Source: Eledone cirrhosa (lineage: Eukaryota). Taken from it: a stretch of 64,000 bases of DNA. The DNA lies in contig OZ024740.1 of NCBI GenBank assembly GCA_964016885.1, positions 345,464,001 to 345,528,000 of the forward strand, read 5' to 3'. Positions 29,277 to 44,021 of the stretch are shown one piece after another. The first letter of the stretch is position 1; every line of letters starts with the position of its first letter. Made by a program: the position numbers and the translations under genes. The notes under the pieces were generated by a model, which saw only the letters and a program-made list of their open reading frames with translations, made no database searches and was not told where the DNA came from.

Positions 29277-29407
<131 letters not shown>

Positions 29408-29491
29408 TAAGTTAAAACAAAACAAAAACGATAACGAAGTGTGCAGTACAAAGTGTTAGTATAAGGTTCACTCTTGGGAGTGGGGAGGGGG

Positions 29492-29519
29492 GACGTTTCG
29501 GGCATAAGCCCTTCTTCAG
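29492..29519 (-). ncRNA. Minimal hammerhead core
   Basis: Minus strand CTGAAGA AGGGC TTAT GCCC GAAA CG TC; stem I pairing is lost. Confidence 0.65.
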
Positions 29520-31049
29520 GTGAAAAGTGGGAGGGAAAAGAGTTCCGAGGGTGTGAGAGAGAGTGGTGGAAAGACATTAAGGGGGGGGGGGGGGTTAAGG
29601 GGAAGGGAAAACAATTAAAAAGAGGGTAAACAAATTAAAATGAAACAAGTGGTGGAAGGGTGTGAGGCGTGTAGAGATGGTCGTGGAGGATGGAGGGGTG
29701 AGAGGGGAGAAGGAGACAGGGGTCCGAGCGGGGAGAACGGAAGGTGGTTTCTGTGTATGTGTAGGTGTATATGTGTGTGTGTGTATGTGTGAATGTGAGT
29801 GTGCGAGTATGGTGAAGAACGAGGTATATATATATATGGGGGGGGGGGTTAATTATGTGCACGCAGTTATGTAAATGAACATAGCAATCTTAACTGAGAG
29901 TGTGTACAGAGGTTTCAAGCCACTATTTACTAACCCCATGTGTATGGTATCCAGTTGTCTCAACTATTATCTATACTATTATTTTAAAAAATTTAGGATG
30001 AACTCATTTCATATTTCAGATTTTCTTAAAGCTTCTTCAATCAAGATATATAATTCACTATTTACTATCTTTAGAAAGTTGAAATATTTTGGAGATCTAT
30101 CAGCTGTTTTGTAAATAAAGAAAATAACGATGTCTTTGTTGTTTCTGTTGTTATTCTTTGTTCTTGTATCTATAAAATGCGTTTCCGACTTCGTTTTAAT
30201 TTTGTCATTTTCTTTATCTGTTACGAAATGTTGCTTGTTTAAATTGTCAGAGTAACTTGGGGGTAAAGCTGTCGTGGTAATAGAGGACCGATCTTTTTCA
30301 GCCGTTAGAAGCAATATGTGTATATTGGAATATATAACCGTTTTTAAATTACAATATTGCTGCATTCCACAACTCATTTCCACCTGTGATGGCTATCAGA
30401 GAGAAATTGCCATCATCACCCTTCAACAGCAGTTCCAGCCCTCCTACACGAAGACGACCACCAAAACTACATTCAACACAACCACATTCACCACAACCAA
30501 CATCACCTACTGTACTAGCCCCACCTCCACTCACACGACTGAGCGAGACAATTATAATAACCGAGGAAGGGTTGAACTTGTCCAAGTAACTGGAAACAAC
30601 GGTTAGGATTGCTATCCTTAGATATATGTGAGTTTTGTTGTTGTTTTTTGTAAACAGTAATGAGAATGCTCATCTAAAAAGTCGATGGAGGAAAATCTAG
30701 GTGAGTAGAGCAACCACCCAGGGTCAAATTGAATGATGTCCCGGATCAATCAATAACATAAAAAGGTTCCTCATACTGAGCAAAAGATTTGGCATGGTAG
30801 AGGTAATGTTCCCCCACTAAATGGAGATTGGGAGCCACACGACCAACCCAGTAAAAGTGTGGAAGTAATACTCATACAAGCTTACTAAGTATAAGAGTAG
30901 TCGCCGTGTTATCATTAATTGGCATCTGATGGCTGCTGGCTGCTATCCTGGCAAGAATTGAGAAGCTGCAAAAGTAAAATTGGATAAGTATGGTGATGGA
31001 GCTCTTGAAACAAATTGTGCAAGAGAGAACTAAGCTTTATTAATCGATC

Positions 31050-31620
31050 TGATTAATCAGGTCCAGATGCCATATATGTTGGGCTAACACCTATCTGAAT
31101 GTTTTTGCTAAAATCAAAAACTGCCAAACCCTAAAGGTTTGCATCACCAAACAAATGTAACAGCACCAGCAGCCGTAGCGGAATGGAAGAATTCCCAGTT
31201 CTATGAACCAGGGCACGTTAATGCTTTTGAGAAAGGGTCCGAACTCTATGGACCACGTTTTAAATTCCTGGACGATAACTCTGCTAAATAGAGATTTCAG
31301 GATTTGGGCCATGGTTTTAACAATGAGGTTAGTACTTGCATTCTGTAGTTTGACTGGAGATGCGAAGAGCAGCGTGTTCCTGAAAAGCTGTATACATGGC
31401 AAACTCTACTTCGTGTAATATATCATAGAGAGGATGCTTAGGTAACATAGCACTGGAAGGGCCCTGACCAACCTATCAATCGAACATTTTCGAGAGAGCG
31501 GGTCTCCTTATATCAACCAATTTTTTTGCAGTCATCAAGGATAGTATAAGTTTGTGTGGCATCTGCTAATCAAAGTAGATGGCCATGTATCTGAAACTAT
31601 CAGCATCCTGCTCTCGTTCC
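31050..31620 (+). mobile_element. Decayed L1/Tx1-clade RT fragment
   Basis: GPDA.., LLRKGPNSMDHVLNSWTITLLNRDFRIWAMVLTMRL..LTGDAKSSVFLKSCIHGKL..YIIER and IKVDGHVSE resemble NWRPITLLNTDYKILAKVLAxRL..Q..IPGRSIHDN..VNGHLSE. Confidence 0.7.
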
Positions 31621-32076
31621 TTAATTCTTTTATTCTTTTCCCTACTGCATGTATTCACTCGAGAAGCGTTAGTATCGAAATTAAAAATTTTAAGGCGCAA
31701 TTTGATCTCAACAGCCAATACAGGAAGATTGGGCATTACGTAGCAGATAATGTGCAGACATGCACTGAGTCTGTGATATCACCAGCAATTTGTTCATTCT
31801 CTGGTATCTGTAGTTTGGTGCAATTTATTTATTTGTTTTTAAATTTAGCATACGCATCTGTATCTCTGCAACCGGTTGCCGTCAATGTAGTGTGGCAATG
31901 TAGTGTGTTATAAACACATTTCTTTTTTTCTCTCTCTATGGACAGAAAAATGTCTCAATTTAATCTGCTACAAATATTGGGGAGAGGGAAAACGAAACAT
32001 GTGTTTACATTTGTCATAATACAACCACGGCAGCACAGGTGTGTTGCGAACAAAGTGGTTTAACCTGAACTACAGT

Positions 32077-32158
<82 letters not shown>

Positions 32159-32662
32159 GTATGAAACACATGGCAATCTGGCGTATACCTTCCTAGGTAC
32201 TTTAAATTTCCCGAAGCAAGTTCATTTTACTTCGTTCGTCAGCCTTCCTCTGTGTGTAAATATATATACATATATATTTACACACACACATATATATATA
32301 TATAAACCCATTGACATACATACGAAATACAGTTTGGTAACAGCAGGTCATATTGAAAATCAAGACCACTCTGTTCTCTGCAAATTTTCATGTTTCCTCG
32401 TCTAACTGTTTTCCAGTCCAGATGCGAAATTGAGGCACTGAGCAATCCTTCTATTTCATATTCACCGCACCAACTTCCATAAAATTTTACTTGCAGGTAG
32501 GAAACTACACCCGACCTTACTTCATCCTCTTCCGTTACCCTTGTATATGTGTGTTGAATGTTTCATTGCAGAATGACCCTACCTCTCACTTGCATTTATC
32601 TCTGGGGTCGTCTATAACGCTTATTTAGTTATAGTCACCAAACAAAATAGGGCCATTGATTA

Positions 32663-32783
<121 letters not shown>

Positions 32784-34502
32784 ATATAGTACATATTGTG
32801 TATGATGTATGTATTGACTGATTATTTTTGGCGGAGCAAGGTAAAGTGGTTTTCATAAAAGGCTCGACTGACAGCCGGATCTGTCTCACACACCCTAGCA
32901 TGTGTTCAACATAAGCCCATAAGCAGGCAATCTTTTGGCATTGGACTACGTTCCCTTACCACCGCTAATAGCAATAATACACCTTATTGTGACAAAGAGC
33001 AAATCCAACGCTGAATGAGAAGTTGTTGTCTAATAATAATAAAGCAGAGTCTTATAACGGTGGTTTAGATTTACATTCTCCTAATTAGACAATACTCAAA
33101 CAACCACGCACGTATATACAAACACACACAGCCATGCACATTCACATACAAGCACACATATATATATATATCCATACATATATTCATACATACACACGTC
33201 CCGCTCCCCCAAAGCACACACACATGTGCACATGTAAAAGCAACACATCTCAAGTGTCACAAGTGTGACCAATCTACAGTTTAACATATATGGCATAGAT
33301 TGCCTGTAAACAACTCATCCGGCTTGTTTCTGATTTCTTTGGGTGGTTGACACGGATGGAGGAGGTATATTTTCAATTGGATAGAATGAATTTCTATTTT
33401 GGGTAAGTGCAAACAATTTCAAAGTGCAAGAAATTATTTGTCAACATTTACAGAAAGAGCACGGAACTATTCCCAATAGCTGAGATAAAATTATGTTGTT
33501 ACTGTCATTGTAGTTTAGACCTAAATTAACTTTAACAGAAAAGAACTTTAATTGTACACATTGTAGTCAACGTTTTTGTATCAAGTGACTAAACTATTGA
33601 ATGCATTATTCTCACTGCTGTATGACAAACGAGCTTATCCTGGCTTGTTTCAACATGTATTAACGCATCATCAGTGTATATATATCCTTTTCCACGAACT
33701 TAATGGAAATGTTCATAGGACATAGCTTAATTGATCTGCTTATTTTGACCAATGTCTCAAGAATTAGCAATATTAATTAATAAATTGATATTAGGCAAAT
33801 ACGTCAATAGGATAAGTAGAAATATAAGAAAACTTATGACCATTTGTCGTTTTTAGTTGGCTGTAAAAAAGAAACTTCCTATTTAAAACAGGGAGAAAAT
33901 GTTATCAACCTGTTTAGTTTTATAATGCCTCCAAGGTTAGAAGGAACTTATATCTATTCATAATATGTGAAAGCTTAGGCAACACGTAGTTGGTTTGCTC
34001 AATTTGCAGAATCATGTTAGTCTAGTTAATGTGAATTAATTATTTAATAAAAATATTACTGATATCAGCGGCATTCACCTTAATAGTTAAGCCAATAGAA
34101 TATTTACTAATAGACAGATTAATCACCAGGTAAATTTTTCTACCCTCTTTCTGCTCTCCTTTTTACTTAGAACATCAACTCATTTTCGTTTGAGTAGTTT
34201 CAATAAATATACACATTAGTCACAATGCCTAATGTAGAGATAGAGATTACACACAGGTTTAGTTGTTCCTAAGGTGCGACCACGATATTTCTATTGGAAA
34301 TTGCGTGTATTATACATAGTTGAAAGGTAGTACACACTCTGTGAACAAGAATGAGTAAAGAATTTATGTTAGAGCATGAATAAATACTGGAAGTCTTCAG
34401 ATAAATAAATAATTCTCAGTATGTATGCGCTAAAAATTCACGTTCATAAGTTTACCATATATTTCAACTTATATCGACTCCTTCATATTTTATGTGTGTG
34501 TG

Positions 34503-34535
<33 letters not shown>

Positions 34536-34581
34536 ATGTATATTCTGGCAATATTACACAAATATGACCCTCCCCAAGTAT

Positions 34582-34644
<63 letters not shown>

Positions 34645-34800
34645 CATATATATATATATATAATATACATATATATACATATATATACATAAATATGTAT
34701 ACACATATGTATATATATGTATATATATATATATTGTTATACTTTGGGAGGGTCATGTTGCCAACAATTAACACACGCACCAGTTGCTTTCACTTCAATT

Positions 34801-34835
<35 letters not shown>

Positions 34836-34858
34836 TATATATATATATATATATATTA

Positions 34859-34889
<31 letters not shown>

Positions 34890-35032
34890 ACGAAGGAAAT
34901 GTGGTAAGGAACCAGGTGGACCATAGCGCACCAAAGTATTTAATACTTAGGGTAGTAGAGTGGGTAATAGGAACGAGTAGGACTCCGACGGCTGAGCTCA
35001 AGCCTTTTCGACGGTTAATTCTGGAGGAAGAC
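34890..35032 (-). mobile_element. PLE tail fragment (3' half of HHR plus tail); copies at 7237-7381 and 54978-55110
   Basis: Shared GTGGTAAGGAACCAGGTG..AGTAGAGTGGGTAATAGGAA..CTGAGCTC; abuts (TA)n. Confidence 0.65.
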
Positions 35033-35039
35033 AGGAAGA

Positions 35040-35095
<56 letters not shown>

Positions 35096-35349
35096 TCTTT
35101 CTGTCTTCCTCCGGTTGCAACACTTTTTGAAATATTCACTTCTGCATTCACAGATTGACTTTGTTAGTTTCAGAAGATCCCGTTAAGGGTGAAAGCGGCG
35201 ATTATTTAATCTGTTATTTTAATAAATATTTGCTCTGCGTTTCTTATATATTTGATATATATTTTTCATTATCGAGTCCTCTTTGGATTTTAGTCTTCAA
35301 ATTTATTATTATTACTATTATTATTATTTTTATTATTATTGTTATTACT

Positions 35350-37460
35350 CCTTGAGTCTCAGTCATTGATGTTAGTTAACTGGATAGTTTGTTGGAATGA
35401 ATATCAAGCCACTACCTGCAGCCTAAGATATTCAGGACGTATCGGAGGGTTCTTGCTGTTCCCAGCAAGCATGCCTTTTGAAGCGTTCCAAAAAGCGTGA
35501 AGGGGCCGATTTTCTTTAACAATCCCTGCAAACTTTTGGAGATAGTCCCTAGTGCGCCTATGACAATCGGGATCACTTTGACTTCATGGCAGTTCCAAAT
35601 CCTTTTCACCTCCCACTTTAAGTCCTGGTATCGGTTAATGTTTTCCCTCTCCTTCTCAGGCACGATCTTTTTTCTTTGTCCACAACCACCAGGTCAGGTC
35701 TATTGTGTTCCAGTTTCTTGTCCGTCTGTATCCTAAAATCCCACAGCACCTTCACCTGATCGTTCTCTATCACCGCCTCTGGCTTATGCTCATACCATTT
35801 CTCAGAATGTGGTAAATTGTTTACTTTGCACAGGTGCCAGTGGATCACCCTGCCCATCACATCATGTCTCCAGCCCTTATAGTGGGTCTGGGCTAGGTGT
35901 TTACACTCGGATACAATGTGAGCCACAGTCTCCTCTCTCTCCACAGATCCTGCACAGTGGGCTAGCCTCCTCCTTGTAAATATGGTGTTTCAACCACTTC
36001 GTTTTGAGGGCCTGCTCCTGCACAGCCATTAACATTCCTTCTGTAGCCTTTTTAAGGTCTCCTCTTTTCAACCAGTTCCATGTCTGTGGATCTCTAAATT
36101 CAGTTTTCTCAAAGAAGGTACTATGAAGAGATTTTTCCTGAAGGCTGCTCTTTCTCCTTGATGTTATTTCCTCCTTGGACATACCCTGGTCTATTGTCCT
36201 CTCCTTCAGTACAATTCTGAGCATTGGCTCCCTACTATCAGTCACGTATTTGTGTAGGTTGTTTTTCTCCATCTGAACACAGTCCTCTATGCTGATAAGA
36301 CCTCTTCCATCTTCAGATCTCCTTAAGTAGAGTCTATCGACATCACTCCTTTTGTGGAACATGTTGTCGATAGTCAATAGCTTCCTAGTCTTCCTATCCA
36401 TTTCTTTTTGTTCAGCAACATTCCATCTCAGAATTCCTCCACTGTACCTAATAATAGACACAGCTCGGGAATTGACTGCACTTATGGCATTCCTACTGTT
36501 CAGATGTGACTTTAATACGCTCCTTATTCTCCGAATATATATTCAGATCTTATCAATTCCTTCATTTTTTTGTACTTGATATCATCAGCCTCCAGAACAC
36601 TTAAATATTTGTATCCTTCTTCAGCATCAATTTCCTTTATCATCTCACATGTTGGTACCTGGATTCCGTTGCTTCTCCTCAATTTATCCCTCTTCATCAC
36701 AAGGACTCCACACTTACTAATACCAAATTGCATACATATATCATTGCTGAAAATACGGACAGTGTCAACAAGCACATCCAACTCCCTCTCCCTCTTCGCG
36801 AAGAGCTTAAGATCATCCATGAAGAGGAGGTGATTGATGGTAAGCTCTCCCTTTCCCAACTTGTATCCTGCTCTTACTTTTCGCAGTATAATGGTCAGGG
36901 GGATCAGGGCAAGGACAAACAAGAGAGGGGACAAACTATCTGCCTGGAAGATACCTCTCTTGATCCTCACGCCTCCCAAGGATTCTCCGCCCGATGTTAA
37001 CTCTGTTTTCCCGGACTTCATACTTTTGCTCCACAACAGTCTGATGTTATCTGCCATCCTGAAGATCTCTAGGCTTTTGGTTATACAAGAATGAGGTACC
37101 ATGTCGAATGCCTTTTTGTAGTCTATCCATCCCATGGCAAGACCAGTGTGTCTCCTGAAATTCCTCATTACCATCTTATCAATAAGTAACTGGTCCTTTG
37201 TACCACGGGACTTCTTTCGGCATCCTTTCTGTTCGTCCGGTAACAAGTTGTTTGTGTGGAGGTGATGGTAGATTTCCTGAGACACAATGCTTGTTAACAG
37301 TTTCCACATTACGGACCTACATGTGATAGGTCTATAGTTCGTAACATCATTACCCTTGATTCGGTCTTTCATTATCAGAACTGTGGTACCTTTTGTCAAC
37401 CACTCAGGTACCTTTCTTTCTTTCTCCTCCTGTTCCGTCCTAACCATCAACCTAAACCCT
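35350..37460 (-). mobile_element. 5'-truncated, frameshifted R4/Dong-like RLE non-LTR retrotransposon (RT, CCHC, RLE)
   Basis: [102 protein letters not shown]; the 3' end runs into an (AAT)n-rich tract. Confidence 0.92.
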
Positions 37461-37464
37461 ATAA

Positions 37465-37925
<461 letters not shown>

Positions 37926-38011
37926 ATTAAGGTAAGCGGAGGAAGCAAAATTCAAACAATTTTTTAAAATAAATAAAAAAAAATATAATTTAAATATTTA
38001 CCTATTCCAAT

Positions 38012-38095
38012 TGCTTTTACCGAACGGTTTCACTTCACAAAAGATTGGAGATCCCTAGGAATCTTCAATAGAAAAGTTTAGATCATCAGAAAGCA
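38012..38095 (-). ncRNA. Type I hammerhead ribozyme, intact core
   Basis: Minus strand: TGCTTT CTGATGA ..ATTGAAGATTCC TAG GGATCTCCAAT.. GAAA CCG TT CGG TA AAAGCA; 6-bp stem I and 3-bp stem III. Confidence 0.85.
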
Positions 38096-38499
38096 TTTTC
38101 GTTTCCTAGGACAAAAAGTCCCGGGAACGGCAAAATATATTGCCATCTGCCAGCTAGCACAGGATCGAAAGGGGCCGAACATGAACCAGCCCTTAGTAGA
38201 AGCGGAAGTAAACATAGACGTGTGGCCTATCTCGCCACTAAAAATAGCAGCTAAATAGAACAACACATCTGTTCTCTACATAACGGAGAATATTAAAAGA
38301 GGTTAATATCGCCACAGGTACTAAGTACCCCTGGAAATATATAGGGTGTCTATGATACATTGGTTGTTAACATATATACACACACACATATATATATATA
38401 TAGGAAGTGTAACTTGGAGTTACTGCAGGTTCACCTGGGTGAGCACTCGATGTTTAGGTTCACTTCTCTGTTGAGGTGTAGAGTTAGACAGAGTGTAAT

Positions 38500-38688
38500 A
38501 TATTGAAAGGATAACAAGGACGATTGATTACTCCTTATACCATTTTAAAGGGTCCGTCGAGCTGCCGATTATTGAGTCGGGTAAGATCGATATAGATCGA
38601 ACCTTGAGCTGATCAGTAGCGAAACGCGCGTCACCTACCAATAAATGTAATGAAGGAGTAACCAATCGTCCTTGTTATCCTTTCAATG

Positions 38689-38690
<2 letters not shown>
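38500..38690 (+). ncRNA. Inverted-repeat module with HHR relic at 38550-38636
   Basis: GGT CCGTCGA (degenerate core) GCTGCCGATTA..TGATCAGTAGC GAAA CGCGCG TC ACC; arms TTGAAAGGATAACAAGGACGATTG / CAATCGTCCTTGTTATCCTTTCAA. Confidence 0.7.
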
Positions 38691-38727
<37 letters not shown>

Positions 38728-38763
38728 GCATATATATATACACACACACACACTTATATATAT

Positions 38764-38840
<77 letters not shown>

Positions 38841-39114
38841 CACATATATATATATATAAAATTAAAACATATACATACATATATATATATATATGTACAC
38901 ATATATATATATATATATACATACAAAAATGTGCTTGTTTACTAGAAGTGATGTGATATGAGATGGAAACGTATTGATTTGAATCCACACATCTCATAAA
39001 GAGATCGATAAGGTAGTCAAGTATATCAAATAGATAAGGACCTCGAGCCACCTATCCGTCAAACATGTGTAACGTTGAATAAGCAATAAATACATTTATA
39101 TATATGTATATATG

Positions 39115-39230
<116 letters not shown>

Positions 39231-39415
39231 GAGAGAGAGAGAGAAAGAGAGAGAACAATATGTGTGCGCGCGTGATATTTTTTCTGTGCGTGTATGTATC
39301 GACAGTGAACAGGGGTATTCGCAATGACTTCAAATGCGTCCAAGAAAATCCAATTGAGGTAGATATATAATAAACCTCTTCTTCTTCTTCTTCTTCTTCT
39401 TCTTCTTCTTCTTCT

Positions 39416-39450
<35 letters not shown>

Positions 39451-39569
39451 ACTGAAGGAACATAAGTGATGTCAAACATGAAGTTTGTTCTTGATAGGTC
39501 ATAAATGCTTATGACACCACATATCTCACGACAACTCCCCTGCAAGTACATTAGGTTCAAGGGATTTGT

Positions 39570-39639
<70 letters not shown>

Positions 39640-39644
<5 letters not shown>

Positions 39645-40195
39645 ATAATAATAAATTTGAAGACTAAAATCCAAAGAGGGCTCGATAAGGATAAATATAT
39701 ATAAGACATATAAGAACCGTAGAGCAAATATTTATGAAAATAACAGATTAAAGTTTAAGCAAAGAATCGATGCTTTCACCCTTAACGGGATCTTCTGAAA
39801 CTAAAAAGAGTCAATCTGTGAACGCAGAAGTAAATATTTCAAAAAACGTTGCAACCGAAGGAAGACAGGAAGACGATACTTTGGTTCGTGGAAACGTGCC
39901 CTGGCAAAGACCGTCTCCATGACCCATCTAATAGAACATTAGTCTACGACTTCATTTATACCATAAACGTGGTTTTGTCTTCGCGTATAATTGTTTTCAC
40001 TGCACCAAATAATGACGTATTTTCTTCGTTTTTTTTTCGTTCTTTGCCAGAGAACGTCTTCCGGTCTTCCTTCGGTTGCAACGTTTTTTGAAATATTTAC
40101 CTCTCCGTTCACAGATTGACTTTTTTAGTCTCAGAAGATCCCGTTAAGGGTGAAAGCAGCGATCCTTTGCTTAAACATTAATCTGTTATTTTAAT
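39640..40195. repeat. ~140 bp inverted repeat module; related pieces at 35094-35310 and 24643-24748
   Basis: 39738-39876 is the reverse complement of 40055-40192. Confidence 0.8.
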
Positions 40196-40263
40196 AAATA
40201 AATATATACATATATATATATACATACATACTTATATATATATATACACACTTATATATATAT

Positions 40264-40317
<54 letters not shown>

Positions 40318-40356
40318 AAATGTGTGTAATCCTTGGTACAGTTAGGTATATTAAGA

Positions 40357-40391
<35 letters not shown>

Positions 40392-40451
40392 CATGCTTAT
40401 ACATATATATATTATATATATTCTATTAAATATATATATATATATATATTT

Positions 40452-41540
40452 ATTGTTCTACTTTGGGAGGGTCATGTTGCCAACAAGAAACACACGCACC
40501 AGCTGCGTTCACTTCAATTTATTATAATAAATTTATAAATTTAGGAATTTATAAATTTCCGGTTGGTTGGTTGGTTCCACAACCAGATGGTTGTTTATAT
40601 ATTGTCAAAGTTCTTTCGTTACACATTCTGTGACCTCTTCAGTGACTAGGGATTATTTTCTTTGTTTTTGTGCCTCTCCTTTGTTCTGTCCTACGCCATC
40701 TTGTTTCTGTGTGTGTGTTCACACACATGGTTGTGTTTTGTCTATAATCAGTGCTTCCTTAATTCTAAGATTGCCGAGGTTTCTTTCCTTAGTTTCTATC
40801 CTAACTGTTAAGTTTTTGTCAGTGTTTTTGCATTTCACTAGGTGTTTCTTAAATGAGGAAGCGTTAGTATTGAGATATTCTTTTATTCTTATGTGAAGTG
40901 GTCTGGTGTCTACCTATGTAGAAATTGCTGTATTTGTTGCACTCTAATCTGTATACAACGTAAGCCTGGTGACATAGGTCTGTCTCGTTGATGGGGCAGT
41001 TGGCTAGCCTGCAGCGGCTGTCATGTCTGGTGGAGTGTCTCTTGGTTAGCTGTCCGGGTAGAGAAGGTCCTGAGTGGGGTAGTTGGATATCTAGTCCCTC
41101 TCATCTGATAGCTCTGCGGATGGCTGTTGTTGTTTCGTCACTGAAGTGTGGGAGCTTCAGGAAGTGCCACGGGTGTGATGTCCTCTGTTGTTTCTGGCAC
41201 GGTTCGCGGTGGACATCGGGTATCCGTTCATTTTAAGTACTTCCAGGAAATGTGTTGTGTGTGTGTCTCGGCCTCAAGCGTCGGTGCATTTGTTCCGGAT
41301 ACGTAGTTCGTTACTTATGTATCCGAAGTTAGCGCCGGCTGGGAGGGCCGATCTGAAATGTACGAACAGGTCCCTGCTGGCGGCTTTTTTTATAGAAGCA
41401 GGTGTGGATGTTGCCTTCCTCTGTTACCCTGAGTTGGAAGTCCAGGAGGGATAGGGATCCGCGGTCATCGGGGTGTTCCATGCTGAACTTTATACTGGCG
41501 TCCATGCTGGAGAATGTCGTGTATATTTTATAGAATGGAT
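40452..41540 (-). mobile_element. 5'-truncated Penelope-like element (RT thumb, GIY-YIG) with HHR-bearing tail
   Basis: IKFSMEHPDDRGSLSLLDF, LKMNGYP, CHQAYVVYRLECNKYSNFYIG..TRPLHIRIKEY, LRIKEALII; tail 40452-40705. Confidence 0.85.
40604..40646 (-). ncRNA. Minimal hammerhead ribozyme in PLE tail
   Basis: GTCA CTGAAGA GGTCAC..GTAAC GAAA GAAC TT TGAC; homologues at ~51482-51524(-) and ~52615-52656(+) have a CTAAAGA core. Confidence 0.7.
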
Positions 41541-41753
41541 TCTCTATACCATTTCCTGTCAACATGACTTGGCAAGCTAATTACAACACTGGATTAACCC
41601 CTTTTACTTCCCTCCGAAGGAGAGATATTATCTCGAAAATTAAGGATATTTAAATAAATTTAACTTAAAAGATTAATTGTCAACAATATCTTTTGCATTT
41701 GCATTTATATCCTATATCCATACGTGCATTGTCTTGGCCTTCCAACTCCAAAC

Positions 41754-41802
<49 letters not shown>

Positions 41803-41804
<2 letters not shown>

Positions 41805-42003
41805 TCCTGGGTTCAGTCGTGGGTAGGCACAGTTTGTAAGGTACTCAATATGTTAGTAGAATGTATGCATCAATTTTACAATACAAATGGCCTCTACAGG
41901 ATGAGAACTGTTTCACTCAAAAGAAATCATCAGGGCTTTTGTGATTATTTCTTTTGAATGAAACAGTTCTAGTCCTGTAGAAGCTATTCCTAGATTAAAC
42001 TTA
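41803..42003. mobile_element. PLE tail module with head-to-head HHR remnants
   Basis: CTACAGGATGAGAACTGTTTCA..AAATCATCAG mirrored by TGAAACAGTTCTAGTCCTGTAG; family of 13081-13210. Confidence 0.75.
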
Positions 42004-42018
42004 CTATATATATATATA

Positions 42019-42045
42019 TGAAGGACTAGCGTCCGAAACGTCAAG
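42019..42045 (+). ncRNA. 5'-truncated minimal HHR; decayed relatives at ~21739-21775(-), ~27241-27273(-), ~28658-28692(-)
   Basis: (TA)n-TGA AGGAC TAGC GTCC GAAA CG TC AAG. Confidence 0.6.
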
Positions 42046-42139
42046 ACCCTCTTCCTACTATATCAAGCGTTAACCTAATATATCCCTTCCACATACTGTA
42101 CCGATTGTGTTTTTATTTATGTTTACCTTTTACATATAC

Positions 42140-42223
<84 letters not shown>

Positions 42224-42669
42224 CATTTAACACGTTTCTTTTTTCAGTTAAATGTAATATTATTATTATCCGTATCGTGACATGGGACACTGGGTCTGCA
42301 TAATCTAGTTTTCCTATTTCCCATATCATAAATATATAATTGCACATAAAGTTTTGAAAACAACCATCTTTGTAGTCGCTCCAACTGATACTGTCACAAA
42401 GTATCATTCAATTCTGCCACCGACGTCATAATCACCAGATAGGATTGACAGCACCTGGCACATGGTTACCTTTAGCGGACTCCATTATCGAGCTAGCATT
42501 TGGTCCAGTTCTCCGCTTTGCAGATACCTTCCTCTGTCAATCTCCCCTAACATTATCATTGTTGCTAAAATGAAGATTTAAAAAGTACTCATAGCATAAA
42601 CTACTCTATGGTACACAATACCAGGACAAAATACACGGGATATTGACTTTTAAAATACCTTCTATCATC

Positions 42670-42770
42670 ATTGTTTCTACTTTAGGCACAAGGCCAGCAA
42701 TTTCCCAGTGCATTACTGGTACTTTATTTTATCGACCCCTTAAGGATGAAAGGCAAAGTCAACCTCGGCA
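42670..42770 (-). mobile_element. Partial tRNA-derived SINE
   Basis: GGCACAAGGCCAGCAAT..ACTGGTACTTTATTTTATCGACCCC..GATGAAAGGCAAAGTCAACCTCGGC. Confidence 0.85.
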
Positions 42771-43159
42771 ATGTTACTCAACCAGGCCAGAAGTCTTGTT
42801 AAGCGACACGAAAAACAAACTTAAAATTTTCCTAATATTTAAAGAAATATACACAAGTATTTATGTGTCTGTGTGTCGGTTTCTTTTTACAAGCTGGTCG
42901 TTTACACTTGTATTCGTCAGTTTTGCATTTCATCCGTCTTCCTTTCACTCAACAGTTCGCTGATTGGTCAGCTAGCTTGCCAGCGATCCCAGTTGATGAC
43001 AAACAAGGCTTGTTCACAAACTTCACAGATTCGTCTGTCAGTCTGATACAACAAAGAACGCTTTGCGAAATTGAGACGCACACACTCGAACATACACATA
43101 TGTATGAATGTATGTATGTATGTATAAACTCACAGACACACACATATATATGTATATAT

Positions 43160-43264
<105 letters not shown>

Positions 43265-43661
43265 AATTGGCAGGAGTACTATGGCAGTGTTAAGTTTAAT
43301 ATGTGTGTATATGAGAGCAAATACTATATGTTATTATACAAATAAACATATCGGTGCCTTACAATCAAAGAAAGAAATATTTTTTTCATTACGGAAAAAC
43401 TATTTTTCTTGCGTTTGTCTGAGAATACGTCACAGAATCTCAGAAAAAGTCGAGAATGCCCGACAGCGCTGTTTCAAGATCTGTAAATCTCTCAATGTGA
43501 TATTCACTCAACCAATATCAAAATAAAAATAGATTTGAGTTTATATATGATTTGCGTGGTGAACATTTTCTGGCGATACTCATCTGCATATAACAAATAT
43601 AAAATATCGGCTGGAAATGCTTATTTGCATATAGTGTGAGCTCGGTTAGGTATAAGTAATT

Positions 43662-43710
<49 letters not shown>

Positions 43711-44021
43711 TAAGTTGAAATAAAATGAAAACGAAATTTCATTTCTCACACTTAGTACGGCACTTACTTAAATCTAAGTATGTATGTATACGTACATACA
43801 TATATGTATACAGACGTACAGTAGCATGCATATATATATATATGCATGCTACTGTACTAAGATGAGAAATGAAATTTCGTTTTCATTTTATTTCAACTTA
43901 TCGTTTTCGGTATGCCTGACCGATTTAACTCACTCGATATGCAAATTAGGCTGCTCAGCCGTTAATTTGTATAAGGAAAGTATATACTTTCGAACGTTCA
44001 ACTATCTGGCAGAAGGGTATA

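Noticed and set aside
30274-30606. Pro/Ser/Thr-rich ORFs as host exon or L1 ORF1
   Set aside because: Low complexity with no splice or domain evidence; cannot be tied to the downstream L1/Tx1 fragment.
33356-33408. Plus-strand first exon MEEVYFQLDRMNFYFG followed by GTAAGT
   Set aside because: Short, unrecognised peptide with no partner exons; can arise by chance.
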